Positions 12,001 to 27,000 of a stretch of 47,873 bases of DNA are shown in pieces. The notes under the pieces are model-generated. The model saw nothing but the letters and a program-made list of their open reading frames with translations, ran no database searches and had not been told where the DNA came from. Source of the stretch: Octopus sinensis (lineage: Eukaryota); contig NW_021835742.1 of the NCBI RefSeq assembly GCF_006345805.1, positions 1 through 47,873 of the forward strand, in the 5' to 3' direction. Within the stretch, counting starts at the first letter, position 1. Every line of letters starts with the position of its first letter. The translations under genes and the position numbers were made by a program.

Positions 12001-15000
12001 ATGTGATCAAGGAGAAAGAACTGGAGTAAGTTTATGAAAAATGAGAATAAGAGAAAGATAAAGGAGAAATGTGATCAAGGAGAAAGAACTGGAGTAAGTT
12101 TATGAAAAATGAGGAGAAGAGAAAGAAAAAAAGTGAAATGATCATCAAGGAGAAAGAACTGGAGTAAGTTTATGAAAAATGAGAAGAAGAGAAAGATAAA
12201 GGAGAAATGTGATCAAGGAGAAAGAACTGGAGTAAGTTTATGAAAAAGAAGAGAAGAAAGAAAAAAGAGAAAATGATATCAAGGAGAAAGTACTGGAGTA
12301 AGGTTATGAAAATGAGGAGAGAGAAGAAAGAAAAAAGAGAAATGTGATCAAGGAGAAAGTACTGGAGTAAGTTATGAAAAAATGAAGAGATGAGAAAGAA
12401 AAAAGAAGAATTATGATCAAGGAGAAAGTACTGGAGTAAGTTTATATAAATGAGAGAAGAAGAGAAAGAAAAAAGAGAAATGTGATAAAGGAGAAAGTAC
12501 TGGAGTAAGTTTATGAAAAATGAGAGAAGAGAAAGAAAAAAGAGAAATGTGATCAAGAGAGAAAGTACTGGAGTAAGTTTATGAAAAATTAGGAGAAGAG
12601 AAAAAAAAAGAGAAATATGATCACGGAGAAAGTACTGGAGTAATGTTATGAAAAATGAGGAGAAGAGAAAGAAAAAGAGGAAGTGTGATCAAGGAGAGAA
12701 GTACTGGAGTAAGTTATGAAAATGAAGAGATGAGAAAGAAAAAAAGAGAAATGTGATCAAGGAGAATCTACTCGAGTAATTTTATGAAATATGGAGAAGA
12801 GGAAAGAAAAAAGAGAAATGTGATCAAGGAGAAAGTACTGGAGTAAGTTTATGAAAAATGAAGAGAAGAGAGAAGAAAGAAAGAAAAGAGAAAGGATAAA
12901 GGAGAAAGTACTGGAGTAAGTTTATGAAACATTGAGAGAGAAGAGAAAAAAAAAAGAGAAATGTGATCAAGGAGAAAGTACTGGAGTAAGTTTATGAAAA
13001 TGAGGAGAAGAGAAAGAAAAAGAGAAATGTGATCAAGGAGAAACTAAGAGTAAGTTTATGAAAATGAGGAGAGAGAAAGAAAGAAAAAAGAGAAATGTGA
13101 TCAAGGAGAAACTACTGGAGTAAGTTATGAAAAAAGGAAAGAGAAAGAAAAGAAGAGAAAGAAAAAAGAGAAATGTTATCAAGGAGAAAGTACTGGAGTA
13201 AGTTTATGAAAAATGAGGAGAAGAGAAAGAAAAAAGAGAAATGTGATCAAGGAGAAAGTACTGGAGTAAGTTTATAAAAAATGAGGAGAAGAGAAAGAAA
13301 AAAGAGAAATGTGATCAAGGAGAAAGTACAGGAGTAAGTTTATGAAACATGAGGAGAAGAGAAAGAAAAAAGAGAAATGTGATAAAGGAGAAAGTACTGG
13401 AGTAAGTTTATGAAAAATGAGGAGAAGAGAAAGAAAAAAGAGAAATGTGATCAAGGAGAAAGTACTGGAGTAAGTTTATGAAAAATGAAGAGAAGAGAAA
13501 GAAAAAAGAGAAATATGATCAAGGAGAAAGTACTTGAGTAAGTTTATGAAAAATGAGGAGAAGAGAAAGAAAAAAGAAAAATGTGATCAAGGAGAAAGTA
13601 CTGGAGTAAGTTTATGAAAAATGAGGAGATGAGAAAGAAAAAAGAGAAATGTGATCAAGGAGAAAGTACTGGAGTAAGTTTATGAAAAATAAGGAGAAGA
13701 GAATGAAAAAAGAGAAAATTGATCAAGGAGAAAGTACCGGAGTAAGTTTATGGAAGATGAGGAGAAGAGAACGAAAAAGGAGAAATGTGATAAAGGATAA
13801 AGTACTGGAGTAAGATTATGAAAAATGAGGAGAAGAGAAAGAAAAAAGAGAAATGTGATCAAGGAGAAAGTACTGGAGTAAGTTTATGAAAAATGAGGAG
13901 AAGAGAAAGAAAAAAGAGAAATGTGATCAAGGAGAAAGTACTGGAGTAAGTTTATGAAAAATGAGGAGAAGAGAAAGAAAAAAGAGAAATGTGATCAAGG
14001 AGAAAGTACTGGAGTAAGTTTATGAAAAATGAAGAGAAGAGAAAGAAAAAAGAGAAATGTGATCAAGGAGAAAGTACTGGAGTAAGTTTATGAAAAATAA
14101 GGAGAAGAGAATGAAAAGAGAAATGTGATCAAGGAGAAAGTACAGGAGTAAGTTTATGAAATGAGGAGAAGAGAACGAAAAAGGAGAAATGTGATCAAGG
14201 ATAAAGTAAGTACTGGAGTAAGTTTATGAAAAATGAGGACAGAGAGAAAAAAGAGAGAAAAAGAGAAATTTGACCAAGGAGAAAGCACTGGAGTAAGTTT
14301 ATGAAAAATGAAGAGAAGAAAGAAAAAAAGAGAAATATGATCAAGGAGAAAGTACTGGAGTAAGGTGTGAAAAAATGAGGAGAAGAGAAAGAAAAAAAGA
14401 AAGAAAAAAGAGATGTGATCAAGGAGAAGTACTGGAATAAGTTTATGAAAAATGAAGAGATGAGAAGAAAAAGAGAAATATGATCAAGGAGAATCTGCTC
14501 GAGTAATTTTATGGAAAATGAGGAGAAGAGAAAGAAAAAAGAGAAATGTGATCAAGGAGAAAGTACTGGAGTAAGTTTATGAAAAATGAAGAGAAGAGAA
14601 AGAAAAAAGAGAAATGTGATAAAGGAGAAAGTACTGGAGTAAGTTTATGAAACATTAGGAGAAGAGAAAAAAAAAAGAGAAATGTGATCAAGGAGAAAGT
14701 ACTGGAGTAAGGTTATGAAAAATGAGGAGAAGAGAAAGAAAAAAGAGAAATGTGATCAAGGAGAAACTACTAGAGTAAGTTTATGGAAAATGAGGAGAGG
14801 AGAAAGAAAAAAGAGAAATGTGATCAAGGAGAAACTACTGGAGTAAGTTTATGAAAAATGAAGAGAAGAGAAAGAAAAAAGAGAAATGTTATCAAGGAGA
14901 AAGTACTGGAGTAAGTTTATGAAAAATGAGGAGAAGAGAAAGAAAAAAGAGAAATGTGATCAAGGAGAAAGTACTGGAGTAAGTTTATAAAAAATGAGGA

Positions 15001-18000
15001 GAAGAGAAAGAAAAAAGAGAAATGTGATCAAGGAGAAAGTACAGGAGTAAGTTTATGAAACATGAGGAGAAGAGAAAGAAAAAAGAGAAATGTGATAAAG
15101 GAGAAAGTAATGGAGTAAGTTTATGAAAAATGAGGAGAAGAGAAAGAAAAAAGAGAAATGTGATCAACGAGAAAGTACTGGAGTAAGTTTATGAAAAATG
15201 AAGAGAAGAGAAAGAAAAAAGAGAAATATGATCAAGGAGAAAGTACTGGTTAAGTTTATGAAAAATGAGGAGAAGAGTAAAGAAAAAAAAAATGTGATCA
15301 AGGAGAAAGTACTGGAGTAAGTTTATGAAAATGAGGAGATGAGAAAGAAAAAAGAAATGTGATCAAGGAGAAAGTACTGGAGTATGTTTATGAAAAACAA
15401 GGAAGATAGAATGAAAAAGAGAAATTGATCAAGGAGAATACCGGAGTAAGTTTATGGAAGATGAGGAGAAGAGAACGAAAAAGGAGAAATGTGATAAGGA
15501 TAAAGTACTGGAGTAAGATTATGAAAATGAGGAAAGAGAAAGAAAAAAAGAAATGTGATCAAGGAGAAAGTACTGGAGTAAGTTTATGAAAAATGAGGAG
15601 AAGAGAAAGAAAAAAGAGAAATGTGATCAAGGAGAAAGTACTGGAGTAAGTTTATGAAAATGAAGAGAAGAGAAGAAAAAGAGAATGTGATCAAGGAGAA
15701 AGTACTGGAGTAATTTATGAAAATGAAGAGAAGAGAAAGAAAAAAGGAAATGTGATCAAGAGAAAGCACTGGAGTAAGTTTATGAAAAAGAGAAAGAAAA
15801 AAAAGAGAAATATGATCAGGAGAATGTACTGGAGTAAGTTTATGAAAAATGAGGAGAAGAGAAAGAAAAAGAGAAATGTGATCAAGGAGAAACTACTAGA
15901 GTAAGTTTATGGAAAATGAGGAAAAGAGAAGAAAAAGAGAAATGTGATCAAGGAGAAAGTACTGGAGTAAGTTTATGAAAAATGAAGAGAAGAAAGAAAA
16001 AAGAGAAATGTGATCAAGGAGAAAGTACTGGAATAAGTTTATGAAAAATGAGAGAAGAGAAAGAAAAAGAGAAATGTGATCAAGGAGAAAGAAACTGGAG
16101 TAAGTTTATAAAAAATGAGGAGAAGAGAAAGAAAAAAGAGAAATGTGATCAAGGAAAGTACGGAGTAAGTTTATAAAACATGAGGAGAAGAGAAAGAAAA
16201 AAGAGAAATGTGATCAAGGAGAAAGTACTGGAGTAAGTTTATGAAAAATGAGAGAAAAGAAAGAAAAAGAGAATGTGATCAAGGAGAAGTACTGGAGTAA
16301 GTTTATGAAAAATGAGGAGAAGAGAAAGAAAAAGAGAATGTGATCAAGGAGAAAGTACTTGAGTAAGTTTATGAAAAATGAGAGAAGAGAAGAAAAAAGA
16401 AATGTGATCAAGGAGAAAGTACTGGAGTAAGTTATGAAAAATGAGGAGAAGAGAAGAAAAAGAGAAATGTGATCAAGGAGAAAGTACTGAGTAAGTTTAT
16501 GAAAAATAATAGAAGAGAAAGAAAAAAGAAATGTGATCAAGGAAAGTACTGGAGTAAGTTTTAAAAATAGGAGAATAGAATGAAAAAGAGAAAAGTGATC
16601 AAGAGAAGTACCGGAGTAATTTTATGGAAAATGAGGAGAAGGAACGAAAAAGAGAATGTGATCAAGGATAAAGTACTGGAGTAAGATTATGAAAAATGAG
16701 GAGAAGAGAAAGAAAAAAGAGATGTGATCAAGGAGAAAGTACTGGAGTAAGTTTATGAAAATGAGGAGAAGAGAAAGAAAAAAGAAATGTGATCAGGAGA
16801 AAGTACTGAGTAAGTTTATGAAAATGAAGAGAAGACAAAGAAAAAGAGAAATGTGATCAAGGAGAAAGTACTGGAGTAAGTTTATGAAAAATGAGAAGAA
16901 GAGAAGAAAAAAGAGAATGTGATCAAGGAGAAAGTACTGGAGAAAGTTTATGAAAAATGAAGAGAAGAGAGAAAAAGAGAAATGTGATCAAGGAAATGTA
17001 CTTGAGTAAGTTTATGAAAATGAGGATAAGAGAAAGAAAAAGAGAAATGTGATCAAGGAGAAAGTACTGGAGTAAGTTTATATAAAATGAGGAGAAGAGA
17101 AAGAAAAAAGAAATGTGATCAAGGAGAAAGCACTGGAGTAAGTTTATGAAAATGAAAGAAGAGAAAGAAAAAAGTGAAATGTGATCAAGGAGAAAGTACT
17201 GGAGTAAGTTTATGAAAAATGAGAGAAGAGAAAGAAAAAGAGAAATTTGATCAAGGAGAAAGTACTGGAGTAAGTTTATGAAATGAAAGAAGAGAAAGAA
17301 AAAAGAGAAATTATCAGGAGAATGTACTTGAGTAAGTTTAATGAAAAATGAGGAAAAGAGAAGAAAAGGAGAAATGTGATCAAGGAGAAAGTACTGGTGT
17401 AAGTTTATATATAAAATGAGGAGAAGAGAACGAAAAAGAGAATGTGATCAAGAGAAGTACTGGAGTAATTTTATGGAAAATGAGGAGAATAGAAAGAAAA
17501 AAGAGAAATGTGATCAAGGAGAAAGTACTGGAGTAAGTTTATGAAAAATGAGGAGAAGAGAAAAAAAAAGAGAAATGTGATCAAGGAGAAAGTACTGGAG
17601 TAAGTTTATGAAAATGAGGAGAAAGAAAGAAAAAAGAGAAATGTGATCAAGGAGAAAGTACTGCGTAAGTTTATGAAAATGAAGAAGAGAAAGAAAAGAA
17701 GAATATGATCAAGGAGAATGTACTGGAGTAAGTTTATGAAAAATGAGAGAAGAGAAAGAAAAAGAGAATGTGATCAAGGAGAATCTACTAGAGTAAGTTT
17801 ATGAAAATGAGGAGAAGAGAAAGAAAAAGAGAAATGTGATCAGGAGAAGTACTGGAGTTCGTTTATGAAAATAAAGAGAAAGAAAAAAGAGAAATGTGAT
17901 CAAGGAGAAAGTACTGAGTAAGTTTATTAAAAATGAGAGAAGAGAAAGAACAAAGAGAAATGTGATCAAGGAGAAGTACTGGAGTAAGTTTATGAAAATG

Positions 18001-21000
18001 AAGAAGAAAATAAAAAGAGAAATGTGATCAGGAGAAAGTACTGGAGTAGCTTATGAAAATGAGGAGAAGAAGAAAAAAGAGAAATGTGATCAGGAGAAAG
18101 TACTGGAGTAAGTTTATGAAAAATGAGGAGAAGAGAAATAAAAAGGAAAATGATCAAGGAGAAAGTACTGAGTAAGGTTATGAAAATGAGGAGAAAAGAA
18201 AGAAAAAAGAGAAATGTGATCAGGAGAAAGTACTGGAGTAAGTTTATGAAAATGAAGAGAAGAAAGAAAAAAGTGAAATGTGATCAAGGAAAGTACTGGA
18301 GTAAGTTTATGAAAATGAGGAGTAGAGAAAGAAAAAGAGAAATGTGATCAAGGAGAAAGTACTGGAGTAAGTTTATGAAAATAGGAGAAGAGAATAAAAA
18401 AGAGAAAAGTGATCAAGGAAAGGTACCGAGTAAGTTTATGGAAGAGAGGAAAGATAACGAAAAGGAAATGTGATAAAGGATAAAGTACTGGAGTAATTTG
18501 AAAAATGAGGAGAAGAGAAAGAAAAAGAGAAATGTGATCAAGGAGAAAGTACTGTGTAAGTTTATGAAAAATGAGAGAAGAGAAAGAAAAAAGAGAAATG
18601 TGATCAAGGAGAAAATACTGGAGTAAGTTTATGAAAAATGAGAGAAGAGAAGAAAAAAGAGAAATGTGATCAAGGAGAAAGTACTGGAGTAAGTTATTAA
18701 AAATGAAGAGAAGAGAAAGAAAAAGAGAAATGTGATCAAGGAGAAAGCACTGGAGTAAGTTTATGAAAATGAAGAGAAGAGAAGAAAAAAGAGAAATATG
18801 ATCAAGGAGAAAGTACTGGAGTAGGTTATGAAACATGATGATAAGAGAAGAAAAAAGAAATGTGATCAAGGAGAACTACTAGAGTAAGTTTATGGAAAAT
18901 GAGGAAAGAGAAAGAAAAAAGAAATGTGATCAAGGAGAAAGTACTGAGTAAGTTTATGAAAATGAAGAGAAGAGAAAGAAAAAGAGAACTGTTATCAAGA
19001 AGAAAGTACTGGAGTAAGTTTTGAAAAATGAGGAGAAGAGAAAGAAAAAGAGAAATGTGATCAAGGAGAAAATACTGAGTAAGTTTATAAAAAATGAGAG
19101 AAGAGAAAGAAAAAGAGAATGTGATCAAGGAGAAAGTACTGGAGAAATTTTATGAAAATGAAGAGAAGAGAAAGAAAAAAGAGAGATATGATCAAGGAGA
19201 ATGTACTTGAGTAAGTTTATGAAAAATGAGGATAAGAGAAGAAAAAGAGAATGTGATCAAGGAGAAAGTACTGGAGTAAGTTTATATAAAATGAGAGAAG
19301 AGAAAAAAAGAGAAATGTGATCAGAGAAAGTCACGGAGTAAGTTTATGAAAAATGAAGAGAAGAGAAAGAAAAAAGAGAAATATGATCAAGAGAAGTACT
19401 GGAGTAAGGTTATGAAAAATGAGGAGAAGAGAAGAAAAAGAGAAATTTGATCAAGAGAAAATACGGAGTAAGTTTATGAAAATGAAGAGAAGAGAAGGAA
19501 AAAAGAAATATGAATCAAGGAGATGTACTTGAGTAAGTTTATGAAAATAGGATAAGAGAAAGAAAAAGGAGAATGTGATCAAGGAGAAAGTACTGGAGTA
19601 TTTATATAAAATGAGGAGAAAGAAAGAAAAAAGAGAAATGTGATCAAGGAGAATCTACTGGAGTAATTTTATGGAAAATGAGGAGAAGAGAAAGAAAAAA
19701 GAGAAACGTGATCAAGGAGAAAGTACTGGAGTAAGTTTATGAAACATTAGGAGAAGAGAAAGAAAAAAGAGAAATGTGATAAAGGAGAAAGTACTGGAGT
19801 AAGGTTATGAAAAATGAGGAGAAGAGAAAGAAAAAAGAGAAATGTGATCAAGGAGAAAGTACTGGAGTAAGTTTATGAAAAATGAAGAGAAGAGAAAGAA
19901 AAAAGAGAAATATGATCAAGGAGAATATACTGGAGTAAGTTTATGAAAAATGAGGAGAAGAGAAAGAGAAAAGAGAAATGTGATCAAGGAGAATCTATTA
20001 GAGTAAGTTTATGGAAAATGAGGAAAAGAGAAAGGAAAAAGAGAAATGTGATCAAGGAGAATGTACTGGAGTTAGTTTATGAAAAATGAAGAGAAGAGAA
20101 AGAAAAAAAGAGAAAAGTGATCAAGGAGAAGGTACCGGAGTAAGTTTATGGAAGATGAGGAGAGAGAACGAAAAAGGAGAAATGTGATCAGGATAAAGTA
20201 CTGGAGTAAGATTATGAAAAATGAGGAGAAGAGAAAGAAAAAAGAGAAATGTGATCAGGAGAAAGTACTGGTGTATTTATGGAATGAGGAGAGAGAAAGA
20301 AAAAAGAAATGTGATCAAGAAGAAAGTACTGGAATAAGTTTATGAAAAATGAGGAGAAGAGAAAGAAAAAAGAGAAATGTGATCAAGGAGAAAGTACTGG
20401 AGTAAGTTTATAAAAAATGAGGAGAAGAGAAAGAAAAAAGAGAAATGTGATCAAGGAGAAAGTACTGGAGTAAGTTCATGAAAAATGAAGAGAAGAGAAA
20501 GAAAAAAGAGAAATGTGATCAAGGAGAAAGTACAGGAGTAAGTTTATGGTAGATGAGGAGAAGAGAACGAAAAAGGAGAAATGTGATAAAGGATAAAGTA
20601 CTGGAGTAAGATTATGAAAATGAGGAGAAGAGAAAGAAAAAAGAGAAATGTGATCAAGGAGAAAGTACTGGAGTAAGTTTATGAAAAATGAGGAGAAGAG
20701 AAAGAAAAAAGAGAAATGTGATCAAGGAGAAAGTACTGGAGTAAGTTTATGAAAAATGAGGACAAGAGAAAGAAAAAAGAGAAATGTGACCAAGGAGAAA
20801 GCACTGGAGTAAGTTTATGAAAAATGAAGAGAAGAGAAAGAAAAAAGAGAAATATGATCAAGGAGAAACTACTAGAGTAATTTTATGGAAAATGAGGAGA
20901 AGAGAAAGAAAAAAGAGAAGTGTGATCAAGGAGAAAGTACTGGAGTAAGTTTATGAAAAATAAAGAGAAGAGAAAGAAAAAAGAGAAATGTGATAAAGGA

Positions 21001-24000
21001 GAAAGTACTGGAGTAATTTTATGAAACATTAGTAGAAGAGAAAAAAAAAAGAGAAATGTGATCAAGGAGAAAGTACTGGAGTAAGGTTATGAAAAATGAG
21101 GAGAAGAGAAAGAAAAAAGAGAAATGTGATCAAGGAGAAAGTACTGGAGTAAGTTTATGAAAAATGAAGAGAAGAAGAAAAAAGAGAAATATGATCAAGG
21201 AGAATGTACTGGAGTAAGTTTATGAAAAATGAGGAGAAGAGAAAGAAAAAAGAGAAATGTGATCAAGGAGAAACTACTAGAGTAAGTTTATGGAAAATGA
21301 GGAGAAGAGAAAGAAAAAAGAGAAATGTGATCAAGGAGAAAGTACCGGAGTAAGTTTATGGAAGATGAGGAGAAGAGAACGAAAAAGGAGAAATGTGATA
21401 AAGGATAAAGTACTGGAGTAAGTTTATGAAAAATGAGGAGAAGAGAAAGAATAAAGAGAAATTTGATCAAGGAGAAAGTACTGGAGTAAGTTTATGAAAA
21501 ATGAGGAGAAGAGAAACAAAAAGAAAAATGTGATCAAGGAGAAAGTACTGCAGTAAGTTTATGAAAAATGAAGAGAAGAGAAAGAAAAAAGAGAAATATG
21601 ATCAAGGAGAAAGTACTGGAGTAAGTTTATGAAAAATGAGAAGAGAAAGAAAAAAGAGAAATATGATAAAGGAGAAACTAATGGAGTAAGTTTATGAAAA
21701 ATGGGGATAAGAGAAAGAAAAAGGAGAAATGTGATCAAGGAGAAAGTACTGGAGTAAGTTTATGAAAAATGAGGAGAAGAGAAAGAAAAAAGAGAAATGT
21801 GATCAAGGAGAATCTACTGGAGTAGGTTTATGGAAAATGAGGAGAAGAGAAAGAAAAAAGAGAAATGTGATCAAGGAGAAAGTACTGGAGTAAGTTTATG
21901 AAAAATGAAGAGAAGAGAAAGAAAAAAGAGAAATGTGATCAAGGAGAAAGTACTGGAGTAAGTTTATGAAAAATGAGGAGAAGAGAAAGAAAAAAGAGAA
22001 ATGTGATCAAGGAGAAAGTACTGGAGTAACTTTATGAAAAATAAGGAGAAGAGAATGAAAAAAGAGAAAAGTGATCAAGGAGAAGGTACCGGAGTAAGTT
22101 TATGGAAGATGAGGAGAAGAGAACGAAAAAGGAGGAATGTGATAAAGGATAAAGTACTGGAGTAAGATTATGAAAAATGAGGAGAAGAGAAAGAAAAAGG
22201 AGAAATGTGATCAAGGAGAAAGTACTGGAGTAAGTTTATGAAAAATGAGGAGAAGAGAAAGAAAAAAGAGAAATGTGATCAAGGAGAAAGTACTGGAGTA
22301 AGTTTATGAAAAATGAAGAGAAGAGAAAGAAAAAGAGAAATGTGATCAAGGAGAAAGTACTGGAGTAAGTTTATGAAAAATGAAGAGAAGAAAGAAAAAA
22401 GAGAAATGTGATCAAGGAGAAAGCACTGGAGTAAGTTTGATGAAAAATGAAGAGAGAGAAAGAAAAAGAGAAATATGATCAAGTAGAAAGTACTGGAGTA
22501 AGGTTATGAAAATGAGGAAAGAAGAAAAAAGAGAAATGTGATCAAGGAGAAACTACTAGAGTAAGTTTTATGAAAATGAGGAGAAGGAGAAAGAAAAAGA
22601 GAAATGTTATCAAGAAGAAAGTACTGGAGTAAGTTTATGAAAATGAGGAGAAGAGAAAGAAAAAGAGAAATGTTATCAAGAAGAAGTACTGGAGTAAGTT
22701 TATGAAAATGAGGAGAAGAGAAAGAAAAAGAGAAATGTGATCAAGAAGAAAGTACTGGAGTAAGTTTATAAAAAATGAGAGAAGAGAAAGAAAAAGAGAA
22801 ATGTGATCAAGAGAAAAGCACTGGAGTAAGTTCATGAAAAATGAGAGAAGAGAAAGAAAAAAGAGAATATGATCAAGGAGAAATTACTTGAGTAAGTTTA
22901 TGAAAAATGAGGAGAGAGAAAGAAAAAACAAAAATGTGATCAAGGAGAAAGTACTGGAGTAAGTTTATGAAAATGAGGAGATAGAAAGAAAAAAGAAATG
23001 TGATCAAGGAGAACGTACTGGAGTAAGTTATGAAAAATGAAGAAGAGAAAGAAAAAGAGAATTGTGATCAAGGAGAAAGTACTGGAGTAAGTTTATGAAA
23101 AATGAGGAGAAGAGAAAGAAAAAGAGAAATTGATCAAGGAGAAAGTACTAGAGTAAGTTTATGAAAATGAGGACAAGAGAAAAAAAAGAGAAATGTGACC
23201 AAGGAGAAAGCACTGGAGTAAATTTATGAAAAATGAAGAGAAGAGAAGAAAAAAGAGAAATATGATCAAGGAGAATGTACTGGAGTAAGGTTGTGAAAAA
23301 TGAGGAGAAGAGAGAAAAAGAGAAGTGTGATCAAGAGAAAGTACTGGAGTAAGTTTATGAAAAATTCGAGAAGAGAAAGAAAAAGAGAAATATGATCAAG
23401 GAGAAAGTACTTGAGTAAATTTATGAAAAAGAGTAAGAGAAAGAAAAAGAGAAATGTGATCAAGGAGAAAGTACTGGAGTAAGTTTTTATAAAATGAAGA
23501 GAAGAGAAGAAAAAGAGAAATATGATCAAGGAGAAAGTACTGGAGTAAGTTTATGAAAAATGGAGAGAAGAGAAAGAAAAAGAGAAATGTGATCAAGAGA
23601 AAGCACTGAAAAAGTTTATGAAAAAAAAATGAAGAGAGAGAAAGAAAAAAAAAATAGATCAGAGAAAGAAAAAGTACTGGAGTAAGGTTATGAAAAATGA
23701 GGAGAAGAGAAAGAAAAAAGCAATGTGATCAAGGAGAAACTACTAGAGTAAGTTTATGGAAAATGAGGAGAAGAGAAGAGAAAGAAAAAAGTGATAATTA
23801 GAAGATAGTAAAATACTGGAGTAAGTTATGAAAAATGAAGAGAAGAGAAAGAAAAAAGAGAAATGTTATCACGAAGAAAGTACTGGAGTAAGTTTATGAA
23901 AAATGAGGAAAAGAAAAGAAAAAGAGAAATGTGATCAAGGAGAAAGTACTGGATTAAGTTTATAAAAAATGAGGAAAGAGAAAAAAAAAAAAGAAATGTG

Positions 24001-27000
24001 ATCAGGGAGAAAGTACTGGAGTAAGTTCATGAATAATGAAGAGAAGAAGAGAAGAAAAAAGAAAATATGATCAAGGAGAAATTACTTGAGTAAGTTTATG
24101 AAAAATGAGAAGAAGAAGAAAAAAAACAAAAATGTGATCAAGGAGAAAGTACTGGAGTAAGTTTATGAAAATGAGGAGATGAAAAGAATAAAGAAATGTG
24201 ATCAAGGAGAACGTACTGGAGTAAGTTTATGAAAAATGAAGAGAAGAGAAAGAAAAGAGAATTGTGATCAAGGAGAAGTACTGGAGTAAGTTTATGAAAT
24301 GAGGAGAAGAGAAAGAAAAAGAGAAATGTGATCAAGGAAAGTGTACTAGAGTAAGTTTATGAAAATGAGGACAAGAGAAAGAAAAAAGAGAAATGTGACC
24401 AAGGAGAAAGCACTGGAGTAAGTTTATGAAAAATGAAGAGAAGAGAAAGAAAAAGAGAAATATGATCAAGGAGAAAGTACTGGAGTAAGGTTGTGAAAAA
24501 TGTGGAGAATAGAAAGAAAAAAGAGAAGTCTGATCAAGGAGAAAGTACTGGAGTAAGTTTATGAAAAATGAAGAGAAGAGAAAGAAAAAAGAGAAATATG
24601 ATCAGGAGAAGTACTTGAGTAAATTTATGAAAATGAGGATAAGAGAAAGAAAAAGGAAAATGTGATCAAGGAGAAGTACTGGAGTAAGTTTATATAAAAT
24701 GAGAGAAGAGAAATAAAAAGAGAAATGTGATCAAGGAGAAACTACTAGAGTAAGTTTATGGAAAATGAGGAGAAGAGAAAGAAAAAAGAAATGTGATCAA
24801 GGAGAAAGTACTGGTGTAAGTTTATGAAAAATGAAGAGAAGAGAAAGAAAAAGTGAAATGTGATCAAGGAGATGTACAGGAAGTTTATGAACATGAGGAG
24901 AAGAGAAGAAAAAAGAGAAATGTGATAAGGAGATACTGGAGTAAGTTTTTATGAAAAATGAGGAGAAGAGAAAGAAAAAAGAGAATGTGATCAAGGAGAA
25001 AGTACTGGAGTAAGTTTATGAAAAATGAGAGAAAGAGAAAGAAAAAGAGAATATGATCAAGGAGAAAGTACTTGAGTAACTTTATAAAAATGAGGAGAAG
25101 AGAAAGAAAAAAGAAAAATGTGATCAAGGAGAAAGTACTGGAGTAAGTTTATGAAATGAGGAGAAGAGAATGAAAAAGAGAAAAGTGATCAAGGAGAAAG
25201 TACCGGGAGAAGTTTATGGAAGATGAGGAGAAGAGAACGAAAATGGAGAAATGAGATAGAGGATAAAGTAATTGAGTAAGATTATGAAAAATGAGGAGAA
25301 GCGAAAGAAAAAAGAGAAATGTGATCAAGGAGAAAGTACTGGAGTAAGTTTATGAAAAATGAGGAGAAGAGATAGAAAAAAGAGAAATGTGATCAAGGAG
25401 AAAGTACTGGAGTAAGTTTATGAAAAATGAAGAGAAGAGAAAGAGAAAAGAGAAATATGATCAAGGAGAATGTACTTGAGTAAGTTTATGAAAAATGAGG
25501 ATAAGAGAAAGAAAAAGGAGAAATGTGATCAAGGAGAAAGTACTGGAGTAAGTTTATATAAAATGAGGAGAGAGAGAAAGAAAAAAGAGAAATGTGATCA
25601 AGGAGAAAGTACTGGAGTAGTAAGTTCATGAAATGAAGAGAAGAGAAAGAAAAAAGAGAAAAAGAAATATGATCAAGGAGAAAGTACTGGAGTAAGTTTA
25701 TGAAAAATGAAATGAGGAGAAGAGAAAGAAAAAAAGAGAAATGTGATCAGGAGAAAGTACTGGAGTAAGTTTATGAAAATGAAGAGAAGAGAAGAAAAAA
25801 GAGAAATATGATCAAGGAGAATGTACTGAGTAAGTTTATAAAAAATGAGGAGAAGAGAAAGAAAAAAAGAAAAGTGATCAAGGAGAAAGTACTGGAGTAA
25901 GTTTATGAAAAATGAGGAGAAGAGAATGAAAAAGAGAGAAAGTGATCAAGGAGAAAGTACGGAGAAAGTTTATGGAAGATGAGGAGAAGAGAACGAAAAA
26001 AAGGAGAAATGAGAAATAGGAGAAAGTATTGGAGTAAGTTATGAAAAATGAGGAGAAGAGAAAGAAAAAGAGAAATGTGATCAAGGAGAAAGTACTGGAG
26101 TAAGTTTATGAAAAATGAAGAGAAGAGAAAGAAAAAGAGAAATATGATCAAGGAGAATGTACTTGAGTAAGTTTATGAAAAATGAGGATAAGAGAAAGAA
26201 AAAGAGAAATGTGATCAAGGAGAAAGTACTGGAGTAGTAAGTTTATATAAAAGAGGAGAAGAGAAAGAAAAAAAAAAAGAGAAATGTGATCAAGGAGAAG
26301 AAAGCACGAGGAGTAAGTTTATGAAAAATGAAGAGAAGAGAAGAAAAAAGAGAAATGTGATCAAGGGAAAAGTACTGGAGTAAGTTATGAAAAATGAGGA
26401 GAAGAGAAAGAAAAAAGAGAAATGTGATCAAGGAGAAAGTACTGGAGTAAGTTTATGAAAAATGAAGAGAAGAGAAGAAAAAAAAAGAAATATGATCAAG
26501 GAGAAATGTACTTGAGTAAGTTTATGAAAAATGAGGATAAGAGAAAGAAAAAGGAGAAATGTGATCCAGGAGAAAGTACTGGAGTAAGTTTATATAAAAT
26601 GAGGAGAAGAGAAAGAAAAAAGAGAAATGTATCAAGGAGAATCTACTGGAGTAATTTTATAGAAAATGAGGAGAAGAGAAAGAAAAAAGAGAAATGTGAT
26701 CAAGGAGAAACTACTGGAGTAAGTTTATGAAAAATGAAGAGAAGAGAAAGAAAAAAGAGAAATGTGATAAAGGAGAAAGTACTGGAGTAAGTTTATGAAA
26801 CATTAGGAGAGAGAAAAAAAAAAGAGAAATGTGATCAAGGAGAAAGTACTGGAGTAAGTTTATGAAAAATGAAGAGAAGAGAAAGAAAAAAGAGAAATAT
26901 GATCAAGGAGAAGTACTGGAGTAAGTTTATGAAAATGAGAAGAGAAGAGAATGAAAAAAGAGAAATGTGATCAAGGAGAAAGTACGGAGTAAGTTATGGA

